Under the pieces are notes generated by a model. That model did not search any database. It was not told the DNA's origin and saw only the letters and a program-made list of their open reading frames with translations. Positions 45,950 to 60,056 of a stretch of DNA of 64,000 bases are shown piece after piece; the first letter of the stretch is position 1, and the number at the start of each line of letters is the position of its first letter. Both the position numbers and the translations under genes were made by a program. Origin of the DNA: the human T2T-CHM13v2.0 reference genome, Homo sapiens; NCBI RefSeq assembly GCF_009914755.1, contig NC_060945.1; one strand, given 5' to 3'.

Positions 45950-46417
45950 CAAGTTCTCTAGGGAGTTCCAAACTTTCCCACATTTTGCTGTCTTCTGAGC
46001 CCTCCAAACTGTTGCAACCTCTGCCTGTTACCCAGTTCCAAAGTTGCCTCCACATTTTTTGGGATCTTTTCAGTAGCATCCCTCTCTACTGGCACCAATT
46101 TACTGTATTAGTCTGCTTTCACACTGCTGATAAAGACATACTCGAGACTGAGCAATTTACAAAAGAAAGAGGTTTAATGGACTTACAGTTCCATGTGCCT
46201 GGAGAGGCCTCACAATCATGGTGGAAGGTGAAAGGCATGTCTCACACGGCAGCAGACAAAAGAAGACAGCTTATGCAGGGAAACTCCCCCTTATGTAATC
46301 ATCAGATCTAGTGAGACTTATTCACTATCATGAGAACAACACAGGAAAGACCTGCCCCATGATCCAATTACCTCCCACCGGGTCCCTCCCACAACATGTG
46401 GGAATTCAAGAATATCA
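45950..46417 (-). mobile_element. THE1C-type 5' LTR (46104-46417) plus about 150 bp of internal sequence
   Basis: THE1-int ctctagggagttccaaactttcccac...ggcaccaatttac then tgtattagtc...aattcaaga|atatca. Confidence 0.9.
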
Positions 46418-47500
46418 GCTACACTTGCAAATTTTGATATGCTATATTTTCATTGTTGTTCACTTCAAATTATTTTATAATTTTCCTTGAGATTTTTTTT
46501 CACCCATGGTTTACTTGGAAGTTTGTCTTTTAATTTCTAAAGGTGTATAATTTTTCCTACTATATTTCTGTTATTTCTAATTTAATTCCATTATTTCAGA
46601 GAACATTCTTCGTATGATTTAAGTTCTTTGAATTTGTTAAGGTGTATTTTATAACCCTGGATATAGTCTATTTTTTTTTATCTGTTCCATGTGCATAGAA
46701 AGAAAATCTATTCTGCTGTTGTTTGGTAGAATGTTTTATAAATGTCACTTAATTACAGTTGTTAGATGGTGTTGGTCAGTTCTTTTATATCCTTGATGAC
46801 TTTCTGTCTACTATGTCTATTGCTTGACGATAGAGGGGTTTTGAAGACTCCAATTATAATTGTGGACTTACCTATTTATTCTTTCAGTTCTGTCAGTTTC
46901 TGCTTCTTGTATTTTGAAGCTCTGTTCTTAGTTGCATACATGTTTAGGATTGTATTGTCTTTGGGGTGAATGAACTCTTTTATCATTATGTAATTTGCCT
47001 TTCTATCCCTGATTTTTTAAATCTCTGAGTCTATTTTTTCTAATGTTAAGTCTACTACTCCAGCTTTATTTTGATTAGTAGTTTCATGATTTATCTGTTG
47101 TTTCACTTTTAAATGACATAGTTCATTAAAATGAGTTTCTTGGAGACAGCATGTTATTAGACCATTAAAAAATCTGTTCTGACAACTTCCATATTTTAAG
47201 TGACATACTTGGATCACTTATATTTAGTGTAATTTATTGATGTATTTGGGTTTAGGTTTACCATTTATTATTTGTTTTATTCTATTTCTAGTCTTTGTAT
47301 TCTTGCTTCGCTTTCCCTGCTTTATTGTGTCTTATCTGAACATTTAAAAATTCAGTTTAGTTCATCCAATGTATTTTTACTATTTTTTACATAGTTTATT
47401 TTATGATTGCTGTAGAAATTATAATATGCATGCTTAAGTTTTTGCAGTCTACTTAGAACCATTTTTTTCCTACTTCAGACGGGATTCAGACAACATCACA
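46418..47500 (-). mobile_element. Old L1M ORF2 endonuclease region (antisense)
   Basis: ORF 47017-47217 contains CCLQETHF..LKVK..H..TNQNKAGV. Confidence 0.8.
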
Positions 47501-48094
47501 TAGGTTCTAAAATGATTGCTTTTAAAAAAACTGGATCTTTGATTAACCATGTAATGCAGACCCATCCTTATAACTTTTCTTATGTCTTAGAAGTATATTA
47601 CCCAACATATAGATATTGGTAAGTTAAAGAAAAATACTATTTTACTCTAAACAAATCTATTATAATATCACTACTTTAGAAATAAGCTATTTGTTAAAAT
47701 AATTTGATGTGTATAGAGCAGAGGCTTATTAATATTGAATGCATTTATGAAGATAGAATTTGATTTACAGGGATTTCCCCCCTCCAAATAACTGAATAAG
47801 TGAGTGAATTAGCATACACTTAACATAGAAAATGAGTTTTCTGTGCATCAAAACGTATTCACAGAAAAACTTTCATTTGTGATACTTCTTATAACTAGTT
47901 TCTGGAAAAAGAAAATAACTGAATTGTGACTTTTTGACATAGTTAATAAAAATGTTGTCTACCTTTTAAATTCTAATAATACTTTAGAACAGGAATTAAA
48001 GTATGGCTTTTATTACAACAATATCAATTAGCATGTATGTGTTGTTTATTTTCATATTTTAATTGCTACTTCTAAACAACTATATAAAATTAAT

Positions 48095-48225
48095 TCCTTC
48101 TTAATATGAGAAAACTGAAAAATGGAGAAGTTAAGTAATTTCCCAAGATCATACATCTTGAGTAAAAGAGGCAGGATGAAAATTGAGTAGTATGGCTTCA
48201 GAACTCACACCGTGAAGCACCATAT
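48095..48225 (-). mobile_element. MIR
   Basis: atgagaaaactga....gaagttaagtaatttcccaagatcataca. Confidence 0.75.
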
Positions 48226-51200
48226 TATCTGATCCTTAGAGGAGAGGGCAGTAGTATTTTGGTATTCTCAACTTAAGAATCTTTAAAGTTATTTTTAAAA
48301 AGAAGGGCAATATGTTGTATGTGTGTCTTTGTGTGAGTGTCAGTGTGTGTGTTATGTATGTATATTTCTGTATAATTTTTTATCACAATAAGTTTCTAAT
48401 TTGGTTAAGGATTTTGTGTTGCTTCCATAATGAGAAAACGATTCTGTCAGGCATTAGTGTATTCTAATGCTTTGATGTTTACTTTCAGGCTTCCCTTTGA
48501 TCTCTTTACATATTGATATGTGTACAAATAGCATGGGACAACCATGTCTTGAATGCCACATCTAAGAATGGCCACAAGATTACAGTCTTAAAACTTTAAT
48601 GAGCAGAACCCAAATTGGTAACATTATGCATGTGATGATAATTGCTCTCTAAAGCGGATCTTTTCTCATGCCATTCTCCATTTTTTTGAAGGCTTAATTT
48701 AAGAACACTATTCACCAGCAGTTAAATGGCTACTTTATTCTTTTCTACTTTATTTATTTCCCATTCTTTTTCAGATGTTGCTTTCTGTAAATACTGGTCT
48801 GAAAGGAAAGGTTCAGCAAATCAAATTGTTGAAGGTTGCAATGTCTGAGAATCGGAACCAGCTTTGCTGGTATAAAATATGTAAAAGGACATTCCCATTA
48901 TAGAAATATACTTTTCTTATTCTCCAGTAAAAAAATAGGAATATTTTAGGCACTACATTCTTCAAATAATTTGAAAATTCTACTATTCTAATACATGATA
49001 TGAAATGTCTTAATAAGAAATTGAACTTAGGATGGATAAATCTTTTGTGAGAAAATGTGCCTACAGATATTAGACTTCTTTCATTCATCACTTACCTAAT
49101 CCCTGTCCCTTTCTAGATGTTGACAAAACAGAAAATGACAGGTGATTCCTTTGCAGTATTTACAATGCTTTGATATTTATTTTTGTCTTTAATAATAATC
49201 ATCTATGAAAATTTCTGAGACATTTTTTCCACTATCTAAACTTCAGTTTTTATTTCCTCCTTGTTCATCAGCTATCTCTCTTTTCAATTATTTCATTTTA
49301 GTATATGTTGGACTTTTAAAGATTGGCTTTAATATAAAAATGTACATAATTTCATGGTAGGAGAGTTTTCACAGATTGGGCAGAATCATGCAACATATTC
49401 TTTTAATAGGCATTTAGAAAAAGAAATCTTAGTACACATTCGTATGTACACTAAATAGTTCTAATATTTTATGTGTTTGATAAATATGATGATCCTGGAA
49501 AATACATAGCAATGGTAGTCCCAGTTAGACAAACTTTCCATTATAATTACACTGGCCACAAAGACAGTTTGTTTACATGGCATCAAAGAGCCTCACTTGC
49601 TACACCATTGCTAAATCCTGAGCCCTAGGTTTTCATCAGTGTCAGTTATAATCCAATGAGATCAAAGGTGAAGGTGTGCCAATGAAAAATCACTCCTGAC
49701 CTTCCATCATGGCAGACAGGAGGCAGGATTAGATTGCAGCTCCGACTCAGATGGACAGAGAAGCATGTGGTGGCTAGCACTGTGAATTTTAGCTCCAGAA
49801 TGACTGCAGGAATAAATCATGAAACCGGAGAGGACCCACAGACCCTCTGAAGAAAGTGGATTGCTTCTGCAGGACCCAGGAGACACCCTAGATACTGTGA
49901 TTGCACCAACTGTGGAAGTGGGAAAGGGAGATCTTCTGTCCCTAAACACACACCCCCCACTGGGGAAATTGAAGGTCTACTTTACAGGAGAAGATCCTGA
50001 TCTTACCTGGAGCTGAGTCAATTTAGAGAGCCAGGCAAGATGCAGGGGTACAGGAAGCCATGGGAAAGCCCTGTAGGCTCGGTGGGTCCCCAAGGCCATT
50101 CTTGCCTGGCATTACCGGGATTCTTCAGGAAGGTGGCCAGAGGTGCAGGGAAAATGCCACAGGGAGAAGGAAATCTCCAGCTGCACTTTGTAACGGTTTG
50201 AACTGATTGAGAAGCCTCCTGGCCAGAACTCGTGTGAGGGTGTGAATCTGGCATGCAGACTCCACAGGAGGAAGAACAACTAAAACCCTCCTTTCTTTCA
50301 TAGCTGGGAGGCAGGTAGCCTGAGGCAAGTTCTCAGCCCTGCTTACCCACTGCCTAGAAATAGACTCAGTGCTGTTAGTGGGGGCACGGTGGGAAAGAGA
50401 GCAGCCCTTCAGATTGCATGGCAGCTGGGTGAGGCCTGTGACTGATGGTTTCCCCTACTTCCCTGACAACCTGCATGACTTAGCAGAGGCAGCCATAATT
50501 CCCCTAGGTCCATAACTCCATTGACCTCCATTGAATATCACCCCCATCCCCCACAGCAGCCACAGCAAGATCCACCCAAAGTGAGTACTACATCAAGGGA
50601 ATGCCCTATGGGACAAAAGAATCTGAACAACAGGCTTCAGCCCTAGACCTTCTCTGTGACAGAGCCTATCCAAATGAGAAGGCAACAGAAAACCAACTCT
50701 GGTAATATGACAAAACAAGGCTCTTCAACACCCCCAACAATCACACTAGTTCACCAGCAATGGATCCAAACCAAGAGGAAATCCCTGATTTACCTGAAAA
50801 AGAATTCATGATGTTAGTTAGTAAGCTAATCAGAGAGGCACCAGAGAAAGGCAAAGTGCAGTGCAAGGAAATCCAAAAAATAATACAAAAAGTGAAGGGA
50901 GAAATATTCAATGAAATAATATAAATAAAAAATAATCAAAACTTCAGGAAATATTAGACACACTTATAGAAATGCAAAATGCTCTGCGAAGTCTCAGCAA
51001 TAGAATTGAACAAGTAGAATGAAGAAATTCAGAGATCAAAGACAAGGTCTTTAACCCAATCCAACAAAGACAAAGAAAAAAGAATAAGAAAATATGAACA
51101 AAGCCTCCAATAAGCCTGTGATTATGTTAAACAACCAAACCTAAGAATAATCAACATTCCTGAGGAAGAAGAGAAATCTAAAAGTCTGGAAAACATATTT

Positions 51201-53222
51201 GTTGGAATAATCAAGGAAAACTTCTCCAGCTTTGCTAGAGACCTAGACATCCAAATACAAGAAGCACAGAGAACACCTGGGAAATTCATTGCAAAAAGAT
51301 CATCATGTAGGCACATTGTCGTCAGGTTATCTAAAGTTAAGATGAAAGAGAGAATCTTAAGAGATGTGAGACAAAAGCACCAGGTAACCCATAAAGGAAA
51401 ACCTATCAGATTAACAGCAAATTTCTCAGCAGAAACCCTACAAGCTACAGGACATTGGGACCCAATCTTCAGCCTCTTCAAACAAAATAATTATCAGCCA
51501 AGAATTTTGTATCCAGTGAAACTGAGCATCATGTATGAAGGAAAGATACAGTCTTTTTCAAACAAACAAATGCTGAGAGAATTTGCCACTACCAAGCTAC
51601 TACTACATGAACTGCTAAAAGGAGCTCTAAATCTTGAAACAAATCCTGGAAACACATCAAAACAGAACCTCTTTAATGCATACATCTCACAGGACCTATA
51701 AAACAAAAATGCAATTTAAAAAACAAAAACAAAACGCAGAAAACCAAGGTACACGGGCAACAGATAGCATGATGAATGGAGTGGTACCTCACATATCAAT
51801 ACTAACATTGAATGTAAATGGCCTAAATGCTTCACTTTAAAGATACAGAATGCAGAATGCTAAGAATTCACCAACCAACTATTTGTTGCCTTCAAGAGAC
51901 TCATCTAACACATAATGACTCACATAAACTGAAAGTAAAGGGGTGGAAGAGGCATCATGCAAAAGGATACCAAAAGCAAGCCAGGGTAGTTATTCCTATA
52001 TCAGACAAAACAAACTTTAAAGAAACAGCAGTTAAAAAAACAAAGAAGGACATTATATAATGGTAAAAGGCCTTGTCCAACAGGAAACTATCACAATCCT
52101 AAACATATATGTACCTAACATTGGAGCTCCCAAAATTATAAAACAATTACTAATAGACCTAAGAAATTACTAATAGACCTGAGCAACACAGTAATAGTGG
52201 GGGACTTCAATACTCCACTGACAGCACTAGACAGGTCATCATGACAGAAAGTCAACAAATAAACAATGGATTTAAACTATACCTTGGAAAAAATAGATTT
52301 AACAGATATATACAGAATATTCCATCCAACAACAGCAGAATACACATTCTATTCAACAGCCCATGGACCTTTCTCCAAGATAAAACATATGATAGGTCAC
52401 TAAAAGAGCCTCAATACATTTAAGAAAATTGAAATTATATCAAGCACTCTCTCAGACCACAGTGGAATAAAACTGGAAATCAACTTCAAAAGGAACCTTC
52501 AAAACCCTGGAAATACATGGAAATTAAATAACCTACTCCTGAATGATTATTGGGTCAAAAAATCAAGATGGAAATTTAAAATATTTTTTGAATTGAATGA
52601 CAATAGTGACAAAACCTATCAAAACCTCTGGGTTACAGCAAAGGTGGTGATAAGAGGAAAGCCCCAAATGCCTACATCAAAAAGACTGAAAGAGCACAAA
52701 GTGAAAATGTAAGGTCACATCTCAAGAAACTAGAGAAACAAGAACAAACCAAACTCCAAACCAGTAGAAGAAAGGAAATAACCAAGATCAGAGCAGAACT
52801 AAATGAAATTGAAACAAAGAAAAACAATACAAAAGATAAATGAATAAAAAAGATGGTCCTTCGAAAAGGTTAATAAAATTGATAGACCATTAGCAAGATT
52901 AGCCAAGAAAAGAAAAGAGAAAATCCAAATAACCTCAATAAGAAATGAAACAGGAGATATTACAGCTGACACCACAGAAATACAAAAGATTATTCAAGGC
53001 TAATATAAACACCTTTACACGCATAAACTAGAAAACCTAGAGGAGATGGATACATTTCTGAAATGACACAATGCTCCTAGCTTAAATCAGGAAGAATTAG
53101 ATACCCTGAACAGATCAATAACAAGCAGTGAGATTGAAATGGTAACTTAAAAATTACCAACAAAAAAAAGTCCAGGACCAGACAGATTCACAGCAGAATT
53201 CTACCTGACATTCAAAGAAGAA

Positions 53223-53987
53223 TTGGTACCAATCCTATTGACACTATTCCACAAGATAGAGAAAGAGGAAACCCTCCCTAATTCATTCTGTGAAGCCAGC
53301 ATCACCCTAATACCCAAACCAGGAAGGGACATAACCAAAAAAGAAATCTATAGACATATATCCTTGATGAACATAGACGCTAAAATCCTTAACAAAATAC
53401 TAGCTAACAGAATTCAACAACATAATCAAAAAGATAATTCACTGTGATCAAGTGGGTTTCATACCAGGGATGCAGTGATGGTTTAATAAGTCAATAAATG
53501 TGATACACCACGCAAACAGAATTAAAAACAAAAATCACTTTATCATCTCAATAGATGCAGAAAAAGCATTCAACAAAATCCAGCATCGGTTTATGATTAA
53601 AGCTCTCAGAAAAATCGGCATACAAGGGACATACTTCAATATAATAAAATCCATCTATGACAAACCCACAGCCAACATAATAATAAATGGGGAAAAGTTG
53701 AAAGCATTCCCTCTGAGAACTGGAACAAGACAAGGATGCCACTCTCATCACTCCTCTTCAATATAGTACTGGAAGTCCTAGCCAGAGCAATCAGACGAGA
53801 GAGAGAAAAAAAAAAGGGCATTCAAATTGGTAAAAAGGAAGTCAAACTGTCACTTTTTGCTGATGATATGATCATTTACCTCAAAAACCCTAAAGACTCC
53901 TCCAGAAAGCCCCTAGAACTGATAAAAGAATTCAGCAAAGTTTCTGGATACAAAATTAATGTACACAAATCAGTAGCTCTTCTATAA
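53223..53987 (+). pseudogene. L1 ORF2 reverse-transcriptase remnant (frameshifted)
   Basis: Three consecutive ORF pieces with RT motifs PKPG, DAEKAF, GTRQGC, LFADDM. Confidence 0.9.
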
Positions 53988-55476
53988 GCCAACAGTGACC
54001 AAGCGGAGAATCAAATCAAGAACTCAACCCCTTTTATAATAGCTGCAACAAACAAACAAACAAACAAACACACACTTAGGAATATACCTAAGGAGGTGAA
54101 TGACCTCTACAAGGCAAACTAGAAAACACTGCTGAAAGATATCATAGATGACAGAAACAAATGGAAACACATCCCACTCTCATAGATAGGTAGAATCCAG
54201 ATTGTGAAAATGACCATACTGCCAAAAGCAATCTACAAATTAAACACAATTCCCATCAAAATACCACCATCATTCTTCATATAGTTAGAAAAAACAATTC
54301 TATAATTCATATAAAACCAAAAAAGAGCCCACACAACCAAAGCAAGAATAAGCAAAAAGAACAAATCTGGAGGCATCACATTACCTGATTTCAAACTACA
54401 TTATAAGGCCATAGTCACCAAAACAGCATGGTACTTGTATGAAAATGGGCATGTAGACCAATGGAACACAGCAGAGAACCCAGAAATAAGCCCAAATACT
54501 TGCAGCCAACTTATCTTCAACAAAGCAAACAAAGACATAAAGTTGGGGGAAGGACAGCCTTTTCAACAAATGCTGCTGGGATAATTGGCAAGCAACATGT
54601 AAGAGAATGAAACTGGATCCTCATCTCTCATCTTATACAAAAAAATCAATTCAAGATGGATTAAGGAGTTAAATCTAAAGCCTGAAACTATAAAAATTCT
54701 AGACGACAACATTGGAAAAGCCCTTCTAGACATTGGCTTAGGCAAGGATTTCATGACCAAGAACCGTAAAGCAAATGCAATAAAAACAAAGATAAATAGC
54801 TGGGACTTAATTAAACTAAAGAGCTTTTGCATGGCAAAAGGAACAGTCAGCAGAGTAGACAGACAACCCACAGAGTGGTAGAAAATCTTCACAATCTATG
54901 CATCTGACAAAGGAGTAATATCCAGAATCTACAACAAACTCAAACAATCCCATCAAAAAGTGGGCTAAGGACATGAATAGGTCATTCTCAAAAGAAGATA
55001 TGCAAATGGCCAACAAACATGTGAAAAATGCTCAACATCACTAATTATCAGGGAAATGCAAATCAATATCACAATGCGATACCACCTTACTCCTGCAAGA
55101 ATAGCCATAATCAAAAAATAAAAAAATGGTAGATGTTGGCATGGATGTGGTGATCAAGGAACACTTGTACACTGCTGGTAGTAATGTAAACTAGTACAAC
55201 TACTATGGAAAACAGTGTGGAGATTCCTTAAAGAACTAAAGGTAGAACTACCATTTGATCCAGCAATCCCACTACTGGGTATCTACCCAGAGGAAAGAAG
55301 TCATTATACAGAAAAGATACTTGTACACACAGGTTTATAGCAGCAAAATTCACAATTGCAAAATCGTGGAACCAACCAAAATGCCCATCAATCAATGAGT
55401 GGATAAAGAAACTATTCTGTTGGAACAATTAATGGAATTATCTCTTTGAAGAGTCCCAGACTGAGTCAAAAAACCA

Positions 55477-55964
55477 TATATATATACATGTATATATATA
55501 TATATGTGCATACATATATACATGTATATATATGCGCATACATATATACATGTATATATATGCGCATACATATATACATGTATATATATGCGCATACATA
55601 TATACATGTATATATATGCGCATACATATATACATGTATATATATGCGCACACATATACACACATATATGTGCACACATATACACACACGTGTGCACACA
55701 CATACACACATGTGCACACACACATGCATACATATATACACATATGTGCATACATATACACACATACGTGCATACATATACACACATATGTGCATACATA
55801 TACACACATATGTGCATACATACACACACATATGTGCATACATATATACACACATATGCGCATACATATATACACATACATATGTGCATACATATATACA
55901 CATACATATATACATATATACATATATGTATGTACGTATATATATACATTTATATATCACAGTT

Positions 55965-56017
<53 letters not shown>
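55477..56017. repeat. Compound alternating purine-pyrimidine VNTR (28-bp and 22-bp units, then (TG)n(TA)n)
   Basis: Unit tgcgcatacatatatacatgtatatata at 55533, 55561, 55589, 55617; unit catatgtgcatacatatacaca from about 55741. Confidence 0.95.
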
Positions 56018-56729
56018 GAGATGGAATACTACTCAGCCATAGAAAGGAGTGAATTAACAGCATTTGCAGTGACCTGGATGAGATTGGAGACTATTATGCT
56101 AAGTGAAGTAACTCAGGAATGGAAAATCAAACATTGTATGTTTTCACTACTATGTGGGAGCTTAGCTATGAGGACACAAAAGCATAAGAATGATACAACG
56201 GACCTTGAGGACTTGGGAGGAAGGATGGGAGTGGGGCGAGATATAAAAAACTACAAATAGGGTGCAGTGTATACTGCTCAGGTGATGAGTGCACCAAAAT
56301 CTCACAAATCACCACCGAAGAATTTACTCATGTAACCAAACACCACCTATACCAAAATAACCTATGGAAAAATAAAAAATAAAAAGGAAATGAATTTGTA
56401 GCAACAGTCCAAATTAATAGCTACAACAGAAGTGTAGTTTCCAGGTAGACCAATGGATAATACATTCCTTTACTTGCAAGACAGCCTGCCTATAATGCAG
56501 AAGAAAAATGCAATAGTTGGGATAGGCTAAGTTAGCCTGCGGCAACAAGCAATTCCATAACTTTAGTGGCTCACAACGGAAAAGAGTATTTCTCGTTGGC
56601 ACTGCATATCTATCAGCTCTGTTCCACGTAGTATTCACTCAGGCTGTTGAGGCAAAAGGAAGAAACGATCATGAACTGCAGGCGCGAGGCACTAAAAGGA
56701 GTTGGAAGAAAGAATATTTGGGGAAAAGT

Positions 56730-56945
56730 AATATAGTGTATTAGAACAATTAATGGAATTATCTCTCTGAAGAGTCCCAGGCTGAGTCAAAAAACCAGGT
56801 TCCACTTCTTTCTTGGCTGCCTAATTCTTAACACTTGGACAAATTTATCTTGAACCTCTCTGAGCTTCATTTTCACAATCCAGAAAATAAGGGGATGGGG
56901 TCCCATGACTCTTAAGGTGCCTTCCAGCTTGGAAGCTGTGTGATC
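56730..56945 (+). mobile_element. MIR (MIR3/MIRc-like)
   Basis: gagtcaaaaaaccaggttcc...cttggacaa...aacctctctgagcttcatttt...ctcttaaggtgccttccagct. Confidence 0.65.
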
Positions 56946-57029
56946 AGAGGCTCCTGATGGCTAAAATAGGGACCCTTTCACCAGCTAGGACCTGGAACTC
57001 ATCACCAAAGTTTTTCTCTAAAAACTCTT

Positions 57030-57472
57030 CTGAAAGACAAATATCACATGTTCTCACTTATATGTGGAAGCTAAAAAAAAATAAAAAAAATAAGAAAATA
57101 AATTAAAAAATTGAACTCATGGAGAAGGAAGTAGAATGATGGTTACCAGAAGCTAGGAAGGGTAGCGGAGAGGGGGTATAAAGTGGGGATGATTAATGGG
57201 TACAAATTACAGTTAAATAGAATGAATAAGATCCAGTATTCGGTAACACAATGGGGTGACTATAGTTAGCAATAATTTATTGTATATTTAAAAATAAAAC
57301 AGTGAAATTGAAACAGCCCTAACACAAAGAAATGATAAATGCTCGAGGTGATGGATACCGCAATTACCCTGATGTGATCATTACACACTGTATGCCTATA
57401 TCGAAATATCTCATGTACCTTATAAATATACATAATTATATTCCCATAATAATTAAACATTTTTTAAAAGAA
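57030..57472 (+). mobile_element. L1MA-type 3' end
   Basis: gaaagacaaatatcacatgttctcacttatatgtgg...gtagaatgatggttaccag...aaatatctcatgtacc. Confidence 0.9.
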
Positions 57473-57576
57473 AAAAGCTACTCCTATATACATTAATTTA
57501 TCTGACTTTAGCAAAAAGAGCTAGGTTTTTTGTACAAGTGAGATAAAAATTTCATTTTGAACAAAGGTGGCGAGGT

Positions 57577-58053
<477 letters not shown>

Positions 58054-58902
58054 TCATAGACTTAATCACACAATATGAATTATTCAAATCAGCAAGAATT
58101 ATGAAGGAGGAAGCAATCTCAATATTTTCCTCTTGTTCTCAGAATAGTGCACACTTTCCCACCTCTGTTTTGAAGAGAAGATGGAAGATGTGGATATTAA
58201 ATCCAACATTGCACACAAATACTATGGCAAGGCAGTTAGTCAATAAGGATTGAAAAAAATACATAGGAGTGTAAATTTTATCATTTCCTTTGACCATTAT
58301 TTAAATTATTCAAAAATTAGCTGACAGTATTTTTATTAGATGTAAATTTTTTCTTTTAAGAGTTGGAAAATTTCAGACCACAGGAGAAGCACATACAGGC
58401 AGATTGAAATAATTAACACATAGTTTAGACAACCTTTGCATGCTTGCATAGCCCAGAATATGTTAGAATGATGCTTTCCGTTGAGAATAGTGGATAAGAG
58501 ATGATTGCCATCTGGGAGGAGATGAAGACGGGGAGATGGAGAGACAGATAGATGAACAATTAATTTGACAACTATAGATATGTCAGGTTGTATGGGAAGG
58601 CAGAGCAATTAATTTAATCCCGACTGAATAGCTGGGAAGGAAAAAGAGGAAACATTGTGGAGAAAAGCACAAAAGTCTGAATGCTTGTGCCAATGACCTA
58701 GAAGTAGAGAAGAATCCAGTGTGCCTAGAAAATAGAGTGTCGGATAGAACAGTAGGAGGGGCCTAGGCGATGCGCTGTGAAGACGACCCTGGAGGCCACG
58801 CTGGTGAGTTTTCGCTTTTTTGAAAAGGATGAGATGTAGAAAGCGGGGTGGATGAGAGACTTTATCACTAATGGTCTGTCTCTCATTGGTGAATAGATAT
58901 GA

Positions 58903-59409
<507 letters not shown>

Positions 59410-60056
59410 TGATTCTGTGACATTTGCCCATACGCACACATACAAATAAAACAAAAGAAAATTGGGCGTAAGAAAATATTTTTTCCATACTAGGTTTTGA
59501 GAAAAAATTGAAACAGATTATTCAACCACTATATACAAAATTGAAGCAGCAAGATAATTTCATGCAAAAAATTTCTCCTTATCAAGACATTTTATGCTTT
59601 TAAGGGAAATAAATATGTGTTCTAAAGCCATAACTTTGTCCTACAGAGAATTTGAAGAAATCCAGTTTTTCCATGATGATGTTATCCAGAATTTAATTAC
59701 ATAATTAAAGAAGATTTGCTATGATTAGGAAATATCAAGGCATTTAGAACAAGATAAATTGTAGTTTCAAAAAAGAAATTCACACCCTTCTATAGATGCT
59801 CCAAGGCTTTTATGCACACGCAGAGGTTTAGAACAAATTCATTCAAGCACTTAAATGGTAAATAATCCTAACGTGAATATCAGTTCATTCCTAAAACATC
59901 ACTGTTTTTATGGAAGTTTGAAATAAGATTAAACCAATTTTTATTTAAGACCTATAAACGGTTTTGATTAAACAACTAAATTCTCTTTCAAAATAAAGCT
60001 AATGGCCACAAAGAATGATATGTATGTAAAGGAAAATCTTCAGCATTCTTTTGCAG

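Larger units (their letters stand above)
49704..56390 (+). mobile_element. Full-length degenerate L1PB-type LINE-1
   Basis: 5' UTR catggcagacaggaggcagga.tagattgcagctcc; ORF1 remnant (MKERIL..VRQKHQVT.KGKPIRLTA.FSAETLQA); ORF2 EN/RT remnants ([46 protein letters not shown]); L1PB 3' UTR and A-tail; many stops and frameshifts. Confidence 0.95.

Noticed and set aside
55505-55870. Regular 28-bp palindromic repeats resembling a CRISPR array
   Set aside because: No unique spacers, low complexity, eukaryotic context and no cas genes
55392-56260. Six long ORFs (161-242 aa) rich in Y/I/H/T or C/V/M
   Set aside because: Translations of the RY microsatellite, which lacks stop codons; not genes
49704-56390. 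Potentially active full-length L1
   Set aside because: Multiple stops and frameshifts in ORF1 and ORF2, old subfamily and no clear TSD
58125-58250. Possible exon between inverted Alus (EEKMEDVDIKSNIAHKYYGK)
   Set aside because: Good acceptor but no convincing GT donor, and a stop right after the acceptor in that frame
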